From assembly GCA_963733055.1 (NCBI GenBank), contig CAVTBR010000003.1, positions 288,001 to 352,000 on the forward strand: DNA of 64,000 nt, read 5' to 3'. Below the pieces are notes generated by a model that searched no databases, had not been told where the DNA came from, and saw only the letters and a program-made list of their open reading frames with translations. The DNA comes from Candidatus Bathyarchaeota archaeon (GTDB lineage: Archaea; Thermoproteota; Bathyarchaeia; 40CM-2-53-6). The position numbers and the translations under genes are program-made. Below, one piece after another: positions 47,087-56,436 of this stretch (position 1 is the stretch's first letter; each line of letters opens with the position of its first letter).

Positions 47087-50008
47087 TCAAGTTTCTACTT
47101 TCTTGCCACATTCGATGCAGAAGGTGGAGTCGGGAGGTAACTTGTTTCCGCAGTTTGGGCAGGTTCTTGATTGTCTCCTCGACGGGTTCCGTTTACGTTT
47201 TCGGAACGCAAACAATGCTGAGAGGATGGCGACGATCGTGATGATTGAGGAAGTCATGTATGCTAGCGTATAGTCCGTCGCCCACACGGCTTGGACTGTG
47301 TTTGGTCCATTCATAATGGTGGTGGACGTTGTGCTTGTGATTCCGGTGTTCCAGCGAAGGAATGTGGCCCTTGCTCCCAGGATGCCTAGAATGCCGGGCA
47401 GTAGAGTTTGCGAACTCACTGAGTACGTTGCTGTTGAGCCTTCATCGTACCACCCTCCGCCTTGCGGGTTGTCGTAATCTGAGACGACCGTCAGTAGGTA
47501 TTGCGTTTTGAAAACTGGCGAATAGTCGCCGGGGCGAGTTGCCGTGATTACTCTTGTGAGGTCTGTTGATCCATCAGGCCAACTCACGAAAATGTATCGG
47601 ACACCCGTCGCTCCGATTTCGACCTGTTCCACTTGCAGCGTATGCGTGGATCCCGGGTCCCAATTGAACGAGGTGGAGGCTAGTTGTGCGCCCGTGTAAG
47701 TGGTGCCGTCGATAAGAACGGTTGCGTTATTGGGTAGGTTACCGAGCGTCACCAGTATCTTTGGTGAGTAGACCCAAGCACCCCTACCGTGAGTGGCTGC
47801 CCAAAGTCGGCCGTCCGAGGCAAACTTGAGATCCAAAACAGGCACTCCTGGCAACCCTCTTCCCAAGTTCGCCCAGCTTACGCCTTGGTTTACGGACACA
47901 TAGACTCCGCGATCGGTTCCGATGTAAATCCCTGACCCCTCTTGATTTAGGGTGATCGAGTCGACTGGCTCGTTTGGCAAATTGGAACTGACATCTTTCC
48001 AAGCTTGGCCTGCATTTGAGGTTGAGAACACATGTCCGTTTCCGAAACCGGTGAACGTAGCGTAGGCTTGAGTCGGGAATCTTGGATCTACTGCGATCTG
48101 AGTTACGGGAACATATGGTAGACCATAGTCTTTGGTAAAATGTCCTCCCTGATCGACCGAGACGAAAATGTTGCCTGCGGTGGTTCCGACATAGATGTAG
48201 TTGCTCGCGGAAGGTGCGACGGTTATCGCGGAGATGCATTCACCTTGGGAGCAGTCTGTCGGAGTTGGAAGTGAGAGACCCGGGGATACCTTGGACCATT
48301 GGCCTCCCCGGTTACTTGTTTTGTACAGGTTACTTGTACCTAGATACATTGTGCTGGGACTGCTCTGGTCTATTGCGATTGGAACCATGAAGGTTGCCTT
48401 GTCGGAAGACGCGATCCCATTCTCGATCGGTACCCAAGTTGCACCACCGTCTTCCGAACGAAACAGCCAGTCGTACCCGTCTTTATACACGCTCCATTGC
48501 TGGGTCTCGTACATTATTTTTGGATTCTGAGGATCGAACCCTGTCCATCCGCCGTCTCCACAATTGTTGTCTTCTGTCCACACTGTGGAAAATCCGTTAT
48601 GAGAAAGGCAGCCGTTATCTTGGGTCCCGCCCAACAAATGTGAACTATCTTTGGGGTCAACCGCGATGGAGTAAAATTGTGTAATTCCAAGGTTAGTGTT
48701 CAAATCCGTCCAGCAGGCAGTGGGTGCGCATGAGTCTGCGTTTGTTGAGGAGAAGATTCCGCCGTCGTTACCTACGTAGATCTTCGAATGTGATGTGGGA
48801 CTGAAAGCGAAGGCGTGCTGATCTACATGGATTAGACCCAGGTCGATGTAACCGCCCAGATCGCTCCAGGTAGCGCCTCCGTTGTTTGATCGGTAGAGGT
48901 CTAAGCCACCTAGGTAGATGGTATTGCGGTCGGTTGGGTCAACTGCAACATACAAATCGTAGTCGCATTGCTTACCGCAGAAATCTTTGTCGGCTGCCTT
49001 CGCAGGGGGCGGCACGTTGACCATTGACCACGTAGACCCGCCATCATTACTTCTATACAATCGCCCAACTCCAAAATCGCTGCTTCCATCGAAGTATTGA
49101 ATCGCAGCGTAAAGAGTAAGATGGGATGAGACGGAAATTCCCAAACTAATTCGGCCGACACTGTTTGGACTCGGCCAACCTGACGGAGGGCCCGCCCAAG
49201 ACTTCCCCCCGTCGTGAGATACATACAGACTACCATCCTGAGCCAAATAGACGCTGGAGGGATTCGCGGGGTCAATCGCCACGTCCCACGCTTGTTCATC
49301 AAAAGTAGTTCCCTGCGTCGGGCGGATCAGAGTCCAAGAGTTTCCTGCATCAGTAGAGACAAATAGACCCAATTGCACGCCAGGCTCCACGTAAACGTAG
49401 TCCGTGTGGGTTGCCATCGTACCCCCGAGTGAGGCGGTAGCAAAAATCTTGTTGGGATTCGTTGGATCGATTGCTAGCTTTGAGATGGCAGAACGTCCGA
49501 AAGTTGAAACGCCGAGGCGGATCCAAGTTTTGCCTCCGTCGAGCGACTTCAAGATTCCAGAACCATTGAACCCCCAGTTTGCGTCTCCAGTTCCTGCGTA
49601 CAGTACGCCGTTTGAATCAATCACCAGAGCTCCAATGTCTATTGATCCTGTGGTCAGGTTGTCCATCAGCGGCACCCAATTGGAACCGCCGTCAGTAGAC
49701 TTCCAGACACCGCCGGTAGCGCTTCCAACGTAAATCGTGTTTGCATTCGTCGGATCGATCGCGATGGCCGAAATTCTGCCGCTACATTGATCCGGAAGAG
49801 TACCTTGTCCGCAGTTCTTGAGTGGCGCAGGTCCAAATGAGACCCACGATCCGCCACTCGTCGGAAAATCCGCGGTTGGTTTAGTGGCTAAATTCGAGCC
49901 AGACGCAATAAACGTGAGAAGGGACGCCGCAAGAGCTAGTTCAAGCATCAATACACACAAGACTCGAAGTAGGCGCAATTTGAAATCGGCCGGCTTTAGA
50001 TATTCCAA
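47087..50008 (-). CDS. BNR/Asp-box beta-propeller (GH74/VPS10-like) surface protein with stalk repeat, TM and cytoplasmic zinc ribbon
   Basis: Many S.DGG.(T/S)W Asp-boxes, GRI.AIAIDP, HVDQH, GGTQDNG, GDGG, ATHGRG; KTQYLL...PQGGGWY repeat; TM; CPNCG...CIECG. Confidence 0.88.
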   Translation of the reverse strand: MEYLKPADFKLRLLRVLCVLMLELALAASLLTFIASGSNLATKPTADFPTSGGSWVSFGPAPLKNCGQGTLPDQCSGRISAIAIDPTNANTIYVGSATGGVWKSTDGGSNWVPLMDNLTTGSIDIGALVIDSNGVLYAGTGDANWGFNGSGILKSLDGGKTWIRLGVSTFGRSAISKLAIDPTNPNKIFATASLGGTMATHTDYVYVEPGVQLGLFVSTDAGNSWTLIRPTQGTTFDEQAWDVAIDPANPSSVYLAQDGSLYVSHDGGKSWAGPPSGWPSPNSVGRISLGISVSSHLTLYAAIQYFDGSSDFGVGRLYRSNDGGSTWSMVNVPPPAKAADKDFCGKQCDYDLYVAVDPTDRNTIYLGGLDLYRSNNGGATWSDLGGYIDLGLIHVDQHAFAFSPTSHSKIYVGNDGGIFSSTNADSCAPTACWTDLNTNLGITQFYSIAVDPKDSSHLLGGTQDNGCLSHNGFSTVWTEDNNCGDGGWTGFDPQNPKIMYETQQWSVYKDGYDWLFRSEDGGATWVPIENGIASSDKATFMVPIAIDQSSPSTMYLGTSNLYKTSNRGGQWSKVSPGLSLPTPTDCSQGECISAITVAPSASNYIYVGTTAGNIFVSVDQGGHFTKDYGLPYVPVTQIAVDPRFPTQAYATFTGFGNGHVFSTSNAGQAWKDVSSNLPNEPVDSITLNQEGSGIYIGTDRGVYVSVNQGVSWANLGRGLPGVPVLDLKFASDGRLWAATHGRGAWVYSPKILVTLGNLPNNATVLIDGTTYTGAQLASTSFNWDPGSTHTLQVEQVEIGATGVRYIFVSWPDGSTDLTRVITATRPGDYSPVFKTQYLLTVVSDYDNPQGGGWYDEGSTATYSVSSQTLLPGILGILGARATFLRWNTGITSTTSTTIMNGPNTVQAVWATDYTLAYMTSSIITIVAILSALFAFRKRKRNPSRRQSRTCPNCGNKLPPDSTFCIECGKKVET

Positions 50009-50407
50009 GTACTTAACAATTCGCTAGAGAAAAGTTTCATCGCTCCTATCCGACGGAATTCGCTTTTCGAAAAGCCTAAACTGATTTCGAGACTTGGCAA
50101 CTTTGGCACTTAAGCCGGTGGGTCGATTTCGTCTCCCCAAACTCTCGGTAATCAAGTTAGTTCTTGACCTATCAACAACCAAGAATCTTGGCGTGTAGCT
50201 CTCGTGAAGCGAGTTATCAAATTAGTAGAAATTTGACCAGCTTTCTGCTTTCAAGAGAAATGATGAATGTGATGATTGAATACATGTCCGAGCATCGTCT
50301 TTACGGAATCCGTCACATTTGCATGGCCAATTCCACACCGCGTCTGCTAGAAACACTTTTAGATGAACATACTCTAGAGAGCGACCTCGATTCAGAGTCG
50401 ATTCTTT

Positions 50408-51526
50408 GTGCGGGACATTATTCGAATTAATCAGCCGATGATTGGGAAGGAGGAGATTGACGCTGCGACGGAGGTTTTGAAGAGTGGCATTCTTACTGAG
50501 AAGAGTGGGATGGGGCCGCGGGTTCTGGAGTTTGAGAAAGACTTCGCGAAGTATGTCGGAGCTAAGCATGCTGTTGCCGTGAACACCGGGACGGCGGCCC
50601 TCCACTGTGCACTATTGGTTGCAGGCGTCAAGGCTGGGGATGAAGTCATCATTCCTTCTTTTACTTTCCACGCAACCGCCGAAACGATCCTAATGACGGG
50701 TGCCGAACCTGTCTTCGCCGACATCGACCCCGACACCTACACTGTCACGGCTGAAACAGTGGAGGCCGCGATGACTCGGAATACCAAGGCGATTATGCCG
50801 GTTCACATCTACGGGCTTCCCGCCGACCTTGACCCCATGAAGAAGGTGGCGAGGGAACGCGGAGTTGCGTTGATTGAGGATGCTGCGCAGGCTCATGGGG
50901 CCGAGTATAAGGGCTCCCGCATCGGGTCGGTTGGAGACCTGTCCTGTTTCAGCTTCTACGCGGGTAAGAACATGACGACGGGGGAAGGCGGGATGGTTAC
51001 GACGAATGATGACGATTATTCAGAAAGGCTGCGAATGCTTAGGTCGCATGGCGAACAACGACCTTACTGGCCGGTTTCAGTCGGCAACAACTACCGAATG
51101 ACTGAACTGTTGGCAGCGATCGGCTCGGCTCAGCTCAAGAAATTGCCCTCATTCCTAGAACGGCGTCGGAGCAATGCCCAGTTTCTCGCGGAAAAGGTTG
51201 GCATGCTGGGTAAGGTGGTTTCGCCAAAGGAGCCTGAGGGGCGCAAGCATGCGTGGTATCTCTTTACGCTTCGACTGCGGGGCGCAAATGCAGGGAAGCG
51301 GAACAAGGTGATTGAGAAGATGAGGTCTAGGAATATTGAAGCCTCTGTTTATTACGAGTCACCCCTGCACTTACTTCCACTGTATCGGGAGCGTTCTACT
51401 TCCCGGCGGCCTTTGCCTGAAACCGAGAAGGCATGTAGGCAGGTCTTCTCATTGCCCGTGCATCCTAAGCTCGGGGAACAGGAGTTAGACTACGTCTTCG
51501 ATACTCTGAAGCGAGTGCTAACGTGA
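50408..51526 (+). CDS. DegT/DnrJ/EryC1/StrS family sugar aminotransferase
   Basis: NTGTAALH, PVHIYG, IEDAAQAHGA, SFYAGKNMTTGEGGM, NYRMTE. Confidence 0.95.
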   Translation: MRDIIRINQPMIGKEEIDAATEVLKSGILTEKSGMGPRVLEFEKDFAKYVGAKHAVAVNTGTAALHCALLVAGVKAGDEVIIPSFTFHATAETILMTGAEPVFADIDPDTYTVTAETVEAAMTRNTKAIMPVHIYGLPADLDPMKKVARERGVALIEDAAQAHGAEYKGSRIGSVGDLSCFSFYAGKNMTTGEGGMVTTNDDDYSERLRMLRSHGEQRPYWPVSVGNNYRMTELLAAIGSAQLKKLPSFLERRRSNAQFLAEKVGMLGKVVSPKEPEGRKHAWYLFTLRLRGANAGKRNKVIEKMRSRNIEASVYYESPLHLLPLYRERSTSRRPLPETEKACRQVFSLPVHPKLGEQELDYVFDTLKRVLT

Positions 51527-52858
51527 TTTCTGTGCTACCAGGATCGGGAGTGCTCGTAGAATTTCGTCTAGAGTAGGCTTTGTGGTTTCTCGAATCTCGT
51601 AACTGACACGCACTGCCGGCTTAGGAAGCTTCATGATCCTTCGCAAGTCGATAGGGGTTCCCATGACTAGCAAGTCGCAATCTATTGCGGCGATTGTTTG
51701 CTCCAGCTCCCTGATCTGTTTCTCGCCGTATCCCATCGCTGGCAGTACTTGGCCTAGGTGCGGGTACTTTTCATAGGTACGTTTGATCGAACCAACCGCG
51801 AATGGCTTGGGGTCAACAAGTTGTTTGGCGCCGAACTTTCGTGCCGCAATCGCCCCAACACCTTCCTTCATCCCGCCATGGGTGACCGTTGGTCCATCCT
51901 CGATCGCAACGACCCTTTTGTCGCGAATTACCGCTTCATCGTCCACATGAATCTCCGATGCTGCGTCGACAATTTTCGCTTCGGGTCTCGCCAATTTCAC
52001 GTTCTTACGTACGATTTCGACGTTCTCGGGAGAGGCAGTGTCAACTTTGTTTATCACTACAACATCCGCCATCCTAAGGTTAGCCTCACCAGGGTAGTAC
52101 AGAAGCTCATGACCAGGACGAAGCGGGTCAACAACGACAATTTGTAAGTCCGGCTTGTAGAATGGGAGATCATTGTTTCCCCCATCCCATAGGATAACAT
52201 CAGCCTCCTTCTCAGCTTCGCGTAGGATCTGTTCGTAATCTACGCCCGCGTAGACGACGTTTCCAATGTCGATGTGCGGTTCGTATTCTTCCCGTTCTTC
52301 AATCGTGCATTCATATCGCTTCAAGTCATCGTAAGTGGCGAACCGTTCACAGATCTCGTCTGCCAGTATTCCATAGGGCATCGGGTGTCGGATAACAACG
52401 ACCCGCCCAAAATGCTTCTTGAGCGATCGTGAGACGGCTCTAGAAACGGTGCTTTTTCCAACTCCAGTCCGGACACCGCAAACAGAAATCATCGGCAGTT
52501 TCGATTTGATCATCGTCGTTTTCGGCCCCATTAAGCGAAAGTCCGGGCCGCAAGCCAACACCGCTGAAGCTTTGTGCATTACATCATCGTAGGAAAGATC
52601 ACTGTATGCGAGGACGACGAGCTCAACATTCTCGTCCTTGATGATCTTGGTAAGATCCGATTCGGGTAGAATAGGCACGCCTTTGGGGTAGAGTCGGCCT
52701 GATAATTTTGGAGGATAAGTGCGGCCTTCTATTCCTGGAATTTGAGTTGCGGTAAAAGCGACGACTTCGTACTCTTGGTTGTCTCGGAAGTAGACGTTGA
52801 AATTGTGAAAGTCTCTTCCCGCCGCACCCATTATAACAGTGCGAATCTGGTCGGCCAA
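51518..52858 (-). CDS. cDPG-synthetase-like P-loop enzyme, probable arginine synthetase (ArcE type)
   Basis: IMGAAGRDFHNFN, RTGVGKS, RHPMPYG, TIEEREEYEPH, WDGGNND, EDGPT.THGGM, LPAMGY. Confidence 0.8.
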   Translation of the reverse strand: MADQIRTVIMGAAGRDFHNFNVYFRDNQEYEVVAFTATQIPGIEGRTYPPKLSGRLYPKGVPILPESDLTKIIKDENVELVVLAYSDLSYDDVMHKASAVLACGPDFRLMGPKTTMIKSKLPMISVCGVRTGVGKSTVSRAVSRSLKKHFGRVVVIRHPMPYGILADEICERFATYDDLKRYECTIEEREEYEPHIDIGNVVYAGVDYEQILREAEKEADVILWDGGNNDLPFYKPDLQIVVVDPLRPGHELLYYPGEANLRMADVVVINKVDTASPENVEIVRKNVKLARPEAKIVDAASEIHVDDEAVIRDKRVVAIEDGPTVTHGGMKEGVGAIAARKFGAKQLVDPKPFAVGSIKRTYEKYPHLGQVLPAMGYGEKQIRELEQTIAAIDCDLLVMGTPIDLRRIMKLPKPAVRVSYEIRETTKPTLDEILRALPILVAQKSR

Positions 52859-53005
52859 TTCTCAACACTTCGTTTGGGCTAGAGTCGTTGGATAGTTATT
52901 CTTTGTGTCAGAAAACTATCAATGCGAGTAAATCAGAAGGAATCAGCGTTCTACGCACGGCTTTTAACACCCCAGTGGACCAACAGAAGGTGGAAGTAAG
53001 AACAA

Positions 53006-53422
53006 TTGTCAAGCGAACCACCCGTGCAGTCAACGGAAGCGAAACCCGCTGAGACCGACGTTACGCGTTACAAAGTTCGGTTGATAGCGGAGCCTTACGG
53101 GGAGGCGGAGGGTGAGATGATCAGGTTTCAGAGTCCCATGACCGTCGATAATCTGGCGAACGCGTTGCCTTTCGAAGGTAGGGCCGCGAGGTGGAAGGAG
53201 GAAATTTACTTCGAGACTCCGGTTAAGATGGGAGCGGAGAAGGCGAAGGATAGGATTGAGGTTGGGATGATGGCCTATTGGCCTATGGGGTCGGCGCTCT
53301 GCATCTTCTACGGCCCAACCATCCCTTATAGTCCCGTCAATATAGTAGGAAAGATTACCTCAAACCTTGAATTATTCCGCACCTTGAAAAGCGGAACGAA
53401 GATACGCGTAGAGAAAGCTTAG
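53006..53422 (+). CDS. Cyclophilin-like fold protein (TM1367-like)
   Basis: P.TV......LP, W.EEIYF, G..AYWP.G.ALCIFYG, SPVN..G. Confidence 0.85.
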   Translation: MSSEPPVQSTEAKPAETDVTRYKVRLIAEPYGEAEGEMIRFQSPMTVDNLANALPFEGRAARWKEEIYFETPVKMGAEKAKDRIEVGMMAYWPMGSALCIFYGPTIPYSPVNIVGKITSNLELFRTLKSGTKIRVEKA

Positions 53423-53425
53423 GAT

Positions 53426-53761
53426 CTAAGCTGCGGCGAGCTTGTAGATCTTAATCCTCGCGTTACCGCCCACTGGCTTCACTAGCCTGCGGCGCTCCAG
53501 CTCTTCGAGTATGTCTCTGGCGACGCTTAGCCTAACGTTGAATTGGGTAGCGATCGCGTAGGGCGTTAAGGCGCCGAGCTTTGAAATCTCTCCACTGAAC
53601 TTCGGATCGTCGAAATTAGGAAGCCCTATGCCTCCTGGCCCTTTCTTATCAGCAACCGTCTTCCCTTTGGTCTTCTTGGCAGGTTCAGCTTTCTTTCCCG
53701 AGTCTTGATGGACCTGCTCTTTTTCCATTTGTGCTAGGCTTTTCTTTTTGGCGCCACCCAT
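53426..53761 (-). CDS. rps25e: Ribosomal protein eS25 (S25e)
   Basis: MGGAKKKSLAQMEK, TPY.IA....V.LSVAR..L..LE, IY. Confidence 0.92.
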   Translation of the reverse strand: MGGAKKKSLAQMEKEQVHQDSGKKAEPAKKTKGKTVADKKGPGGIGLPNFDDPKFSGEISKLGALTPYAIATQFNVRLSVARDILEELERRRLVKPVGGNARIKIYKLAAA

Positions 53762-53890
53762 TAGAAATCAACCCTAGCGCCTACATACCAGGCGAATAAA
53801 AGCCTTGGTCTTGGAGTTGACATATTCCAAGAAATGCTCGTCCCCTACTTTCTTGCGTTCTCGTAATGTTCCAGTGAAGCCTCGCTCCAG

Positions 53891-54658
53891 TCAAGGTTGA
53901 ATGGGGCGCTTGATTTCCATTGCCGCCTTCGCCGGATCTGGAGAATTGTAAATGGAACGACCAACGATTAGGTAAGTCGAACCGGCCCTCAAGGCTGCGG
54001 TCGGGTCTCCGCCTTGGGCGCCAACGCCGGGGCTGTAGATGGGAAGCTTAGGTCCGGCAAGCTGTCGTACCCGTGCAATGAACCGGGGCTGGGTGGCGCC
54101 CACGATAACGCCACTGGCCTTCCATTCCACGGCTAACTCAGTCAGTATCTCAAAGACTGGCTTCCCGTGCCCATCTGGTCGCTGAGCCGTGAGCGAGTAG
54201 AAGGCTTCGGCGCCTGGGTTGCTCATGTATGTTAACAACAGCACCCCTTTCTTTGCAGGCTTGGCTGCTTCGAACACGGTGTCCAGACCATTCTCCCATC
54301 CCGCTATGGGACTTGCGATTACGGCGTCGAAGCCCATGTCGAAGTAGGTGCGTGCCATAAACTCATTCGTATGCCCAACGTCGTTCAGCTTCGCATCCAT
54401 GATCGTGGGCAAGCCGTAGTCGCTCGCTAGGCGGAGTATGGAATCTTTCACGACACCCAAGCCCAGCGCCATGATCAGCTGCCGGTTAATCTTGACCGCA
54501 CAAACCAACCCTCGCACGCTCTCGAGCACGTTCCGACTCCTCTCGAGGAGTTTTCTTGAGTCGGCGTCCTCCAAATCCAACGCAAGAACCGTTCTCGTAC
54601 CATTCCTCTCCGCCGCCCTCAGAACCTTCTCCTCAAACGACACGCCAAACGGCCTCAA
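53891..54658 (-). CDS. pyrF: Orotidine 5'-phosphate decarboxylase
   Basis: LALD, AVK, DAKLNDVGHT, MSNPG, VGAT, SPGVGAQGG, IVGRSIY. Confidence 0.95.
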   Translation of the reverse strand: MRPFGVSFEEKVLRAAERNGTRTVLALDLEDADSRKLLERSRNVLESVRGLVCAVKINRQLIMALGLGVVKDSILRLASDYGLPTIMDAKLNDVGHTNEFMARTYFDMGFDAVIASPIAGWENGLDTVFEAAKPAKKGVLLLTYMSNPGAEAFYSLTAQRPDGHGKPVFEILTELAVEWKASGVIVGATQPRFIARVRQLAGPKLPIYSPGVGAQGGDPTAALRAGSTYLIVGRSIYNSPDPAKAAMEIKRPIQP

Positions 54659-54802
54659 CGCGCTTCAGCACGGCACGGCAAAAAAGCTACCCTTCTCCAC
54701 AATCTCTGTGGTAGAAGAGTACACCGCCACCTCCTCACCGAAGCGTCCACGCAAACCGGCGTGAGATGGCCCACTGAACTGCATTCAGTTCGGCGAGGCG
54801 AA

Positions 54803-55537
54803 CTATTTGGGAAATATCGGCATATCCTTTACGCCGACAATCTTGGCGTAGAAGTATTTCGCATCGCTCGTATTATTCACATACTCCACTTTCTCGCCCG
54901 TCGGCTTAACGGCGATATACTTGACAAAGCCCTCCTTGGGTGCTTCGCTGAGCGTGGCGTAGAAGAAGACAGGTAGCGCGTCGGCTTCGTAATAGTGTTC
55001 GAACGGTATGCAAGTTCCGAGGATGTGATTCTTACCCCTGGTGAAGTGCCAGAGTGGGAATAGGGTTCCCTCTCGGAGCGAGAGTGGGAGTAGGATTCGG
55101 GCGATTGATCTTACGTCTTCAACTTCGGCGAGCATGGGCGCGGGTAAGCTTGGATGGTTTCCGTTGAGGGCTTCGATGAATGCATCGGGTGTTTTCTTCA
55201 ACTCCACGAAAGACGCATACCGATACCTAGTATCTCCCGCATCATCGGTAAACATCCACTCTTCCCCCTTGACGCCGTCACTTCGGTAGGCGAGAAATGC
55301 TCTCGGCGGGGTGTCAGATGTGGTGTAGGCTAAGATGGGGATGTCTCCTTCCCAATACATGTACGCCGTGAACAGACCGAGAATATGTTTTCCATTATGT
55401 TTGAAGTACCATAGGATCTGTGACCCTTCCGTCAACCCCAACGCCAATCGGGAAAAGGATAGTATGTCGTTAACTTGCACTGGGACTGGGGGCTTAACTG
55501 ACTCCACAGAGAACACCGATTTCTCTAGACTCAACAA
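54803..55537 (-). CDS. Conserved-looking hypothetical protein with two internal repeats
   Basis: 244-aa ORF; the two halves align (LW.F....HILG...Y.E.D..P...Y......P...F..Y.....GE.....D..Y.YA..V..K..P). Confidence 0.75.
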   Translation of the reverse strand: MLSLEKSVFSVESVKPPVPVQVNDILSFSRLALGLTEGSQILWYFKHNGKHILGLFTAYMYWEGDIPILAYTTSDTPPRAFLAYRSDGVKGEEWMFTDDAGDTRYRYASFVELKKTPDAFIEALNGNHPSLPAPMLAEVEDVRSIARILLPLSLREGTLFPLWHFTRGKNHILGTCIPFEHYYEADALPVFFYATLSEAPKEGFVKYIAVKPTGEKVEYVNNTSDAKYFYAKIVGVKDMPIFPK

Positions 55538-55683
55538 CTGGGAATACTTAAGGTTGCGACATCAATCCTCTCTGCTCCTCAATCTCAGCAACAGACTGAG
55601 TTTCAAGCAACTCAGTCACGACCCGCGATTCACCTATCCACGAATCAACTGGTCTAGAGAGAGATGCACCCCGTTCCTCAATT

Positions 55684-56430
55684 CTATCTGAACAAGTCCT
55701 CTTGCTCCGGCCGAATCAAATCTCGCACCGAACCATTACCCGCTGGGTAAACGCAACCCCTAACGATAGCCACCGGCACACCGTCACTCTTCTTCATCAC
55801 CAACTCCGCCGCCGAAGCCAACTCATCCGCCACAGCCATCTGAGTAACATTCAGAATGTACCCGAACATGTCCTTCTGGCCACGGTAATCGACAACAGGT
55901 CGTAAACCATCGATCCCAATCGCAACATTCACCTGCCCAATTCTCCAGGCACGTCCGAAGGTATCCGAAATTATGACAGCGACATCCGCGCCCGTGAGGT
56001 GCCGAATCCTCCGCCGTATCTGGCTGGCGGATTTATCCCCATCTAAGGGAAGAACTGTCAATGCGTCAGAATCTTCAACATTGGACCGATCAACGCCGGC
56101 GTTAGCGCAAACGAACCCATGCCGAGTCTCAACGATTAAATGCGCGCCCTGGGATCGAAGGACCTTCGCGCTCTCTCGCAGTATCACTTCGACGTGCCTT
56201 GGGTCCTTGCCGCTAACTTTCGCGATCTCCTCGGCCTTCTGCGAGGGAGTTACGGATTTTAGGTCCACGACTCCTCCCTCGGCTTTGGAGATTATCTTCT
56301 GCGCGACGACTATGACATCACCGCTGGCAATCTCTACCTTTTCTTCTCTCGCGGCCTTGACAATCTGTTCGGCAACGTCATCTCCTTCTTTAATCAGCGG
56401 CAGTTTCTGTAGGCCGATTATCTGAATCAT
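55684..56430 (-). CDS. cofE: Coenzyme F420-0:L-glutamate ligase
   Basis: P.I.EGDD, QKIISKAEG, ANAGVDRSN, SDTFGRAWR.G, DELASAAELV. Confidence 0.95.
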   Translation of the reverse strand: MIQIIGLQKLPLIKEGDDVAEQIVKAAREEKVEIASGDVIVVAQKIISKAEGGVVDLKSVTPSQKAEEIAKVSGKDPRHVEVILRESAKVLRSQGAHLIVETRHGFVCANAGVDRSNVEDSDALTVLPLDGDKSASQIRRRIRHLTGADVAVIISDTFGRAWRIGQVNVAIGIDGLRPVVDYRGQKDMFGYILNVTQMAVADELASAAELVMKKSDGVPVAIVRGCVYPAGNGSVRDLIRPEQEDLFR

Positions 56431-56436
56431 CGTTCA

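Noticed and set aside
50164-50430. 88-aa ORF or C/D-box sRNA (ATGATGA and GTGATGA near 50260-50276)
   Set aside because: The ORF has no recognisable features, and no properly spaced CTGA D boxes follow the C-like boxes
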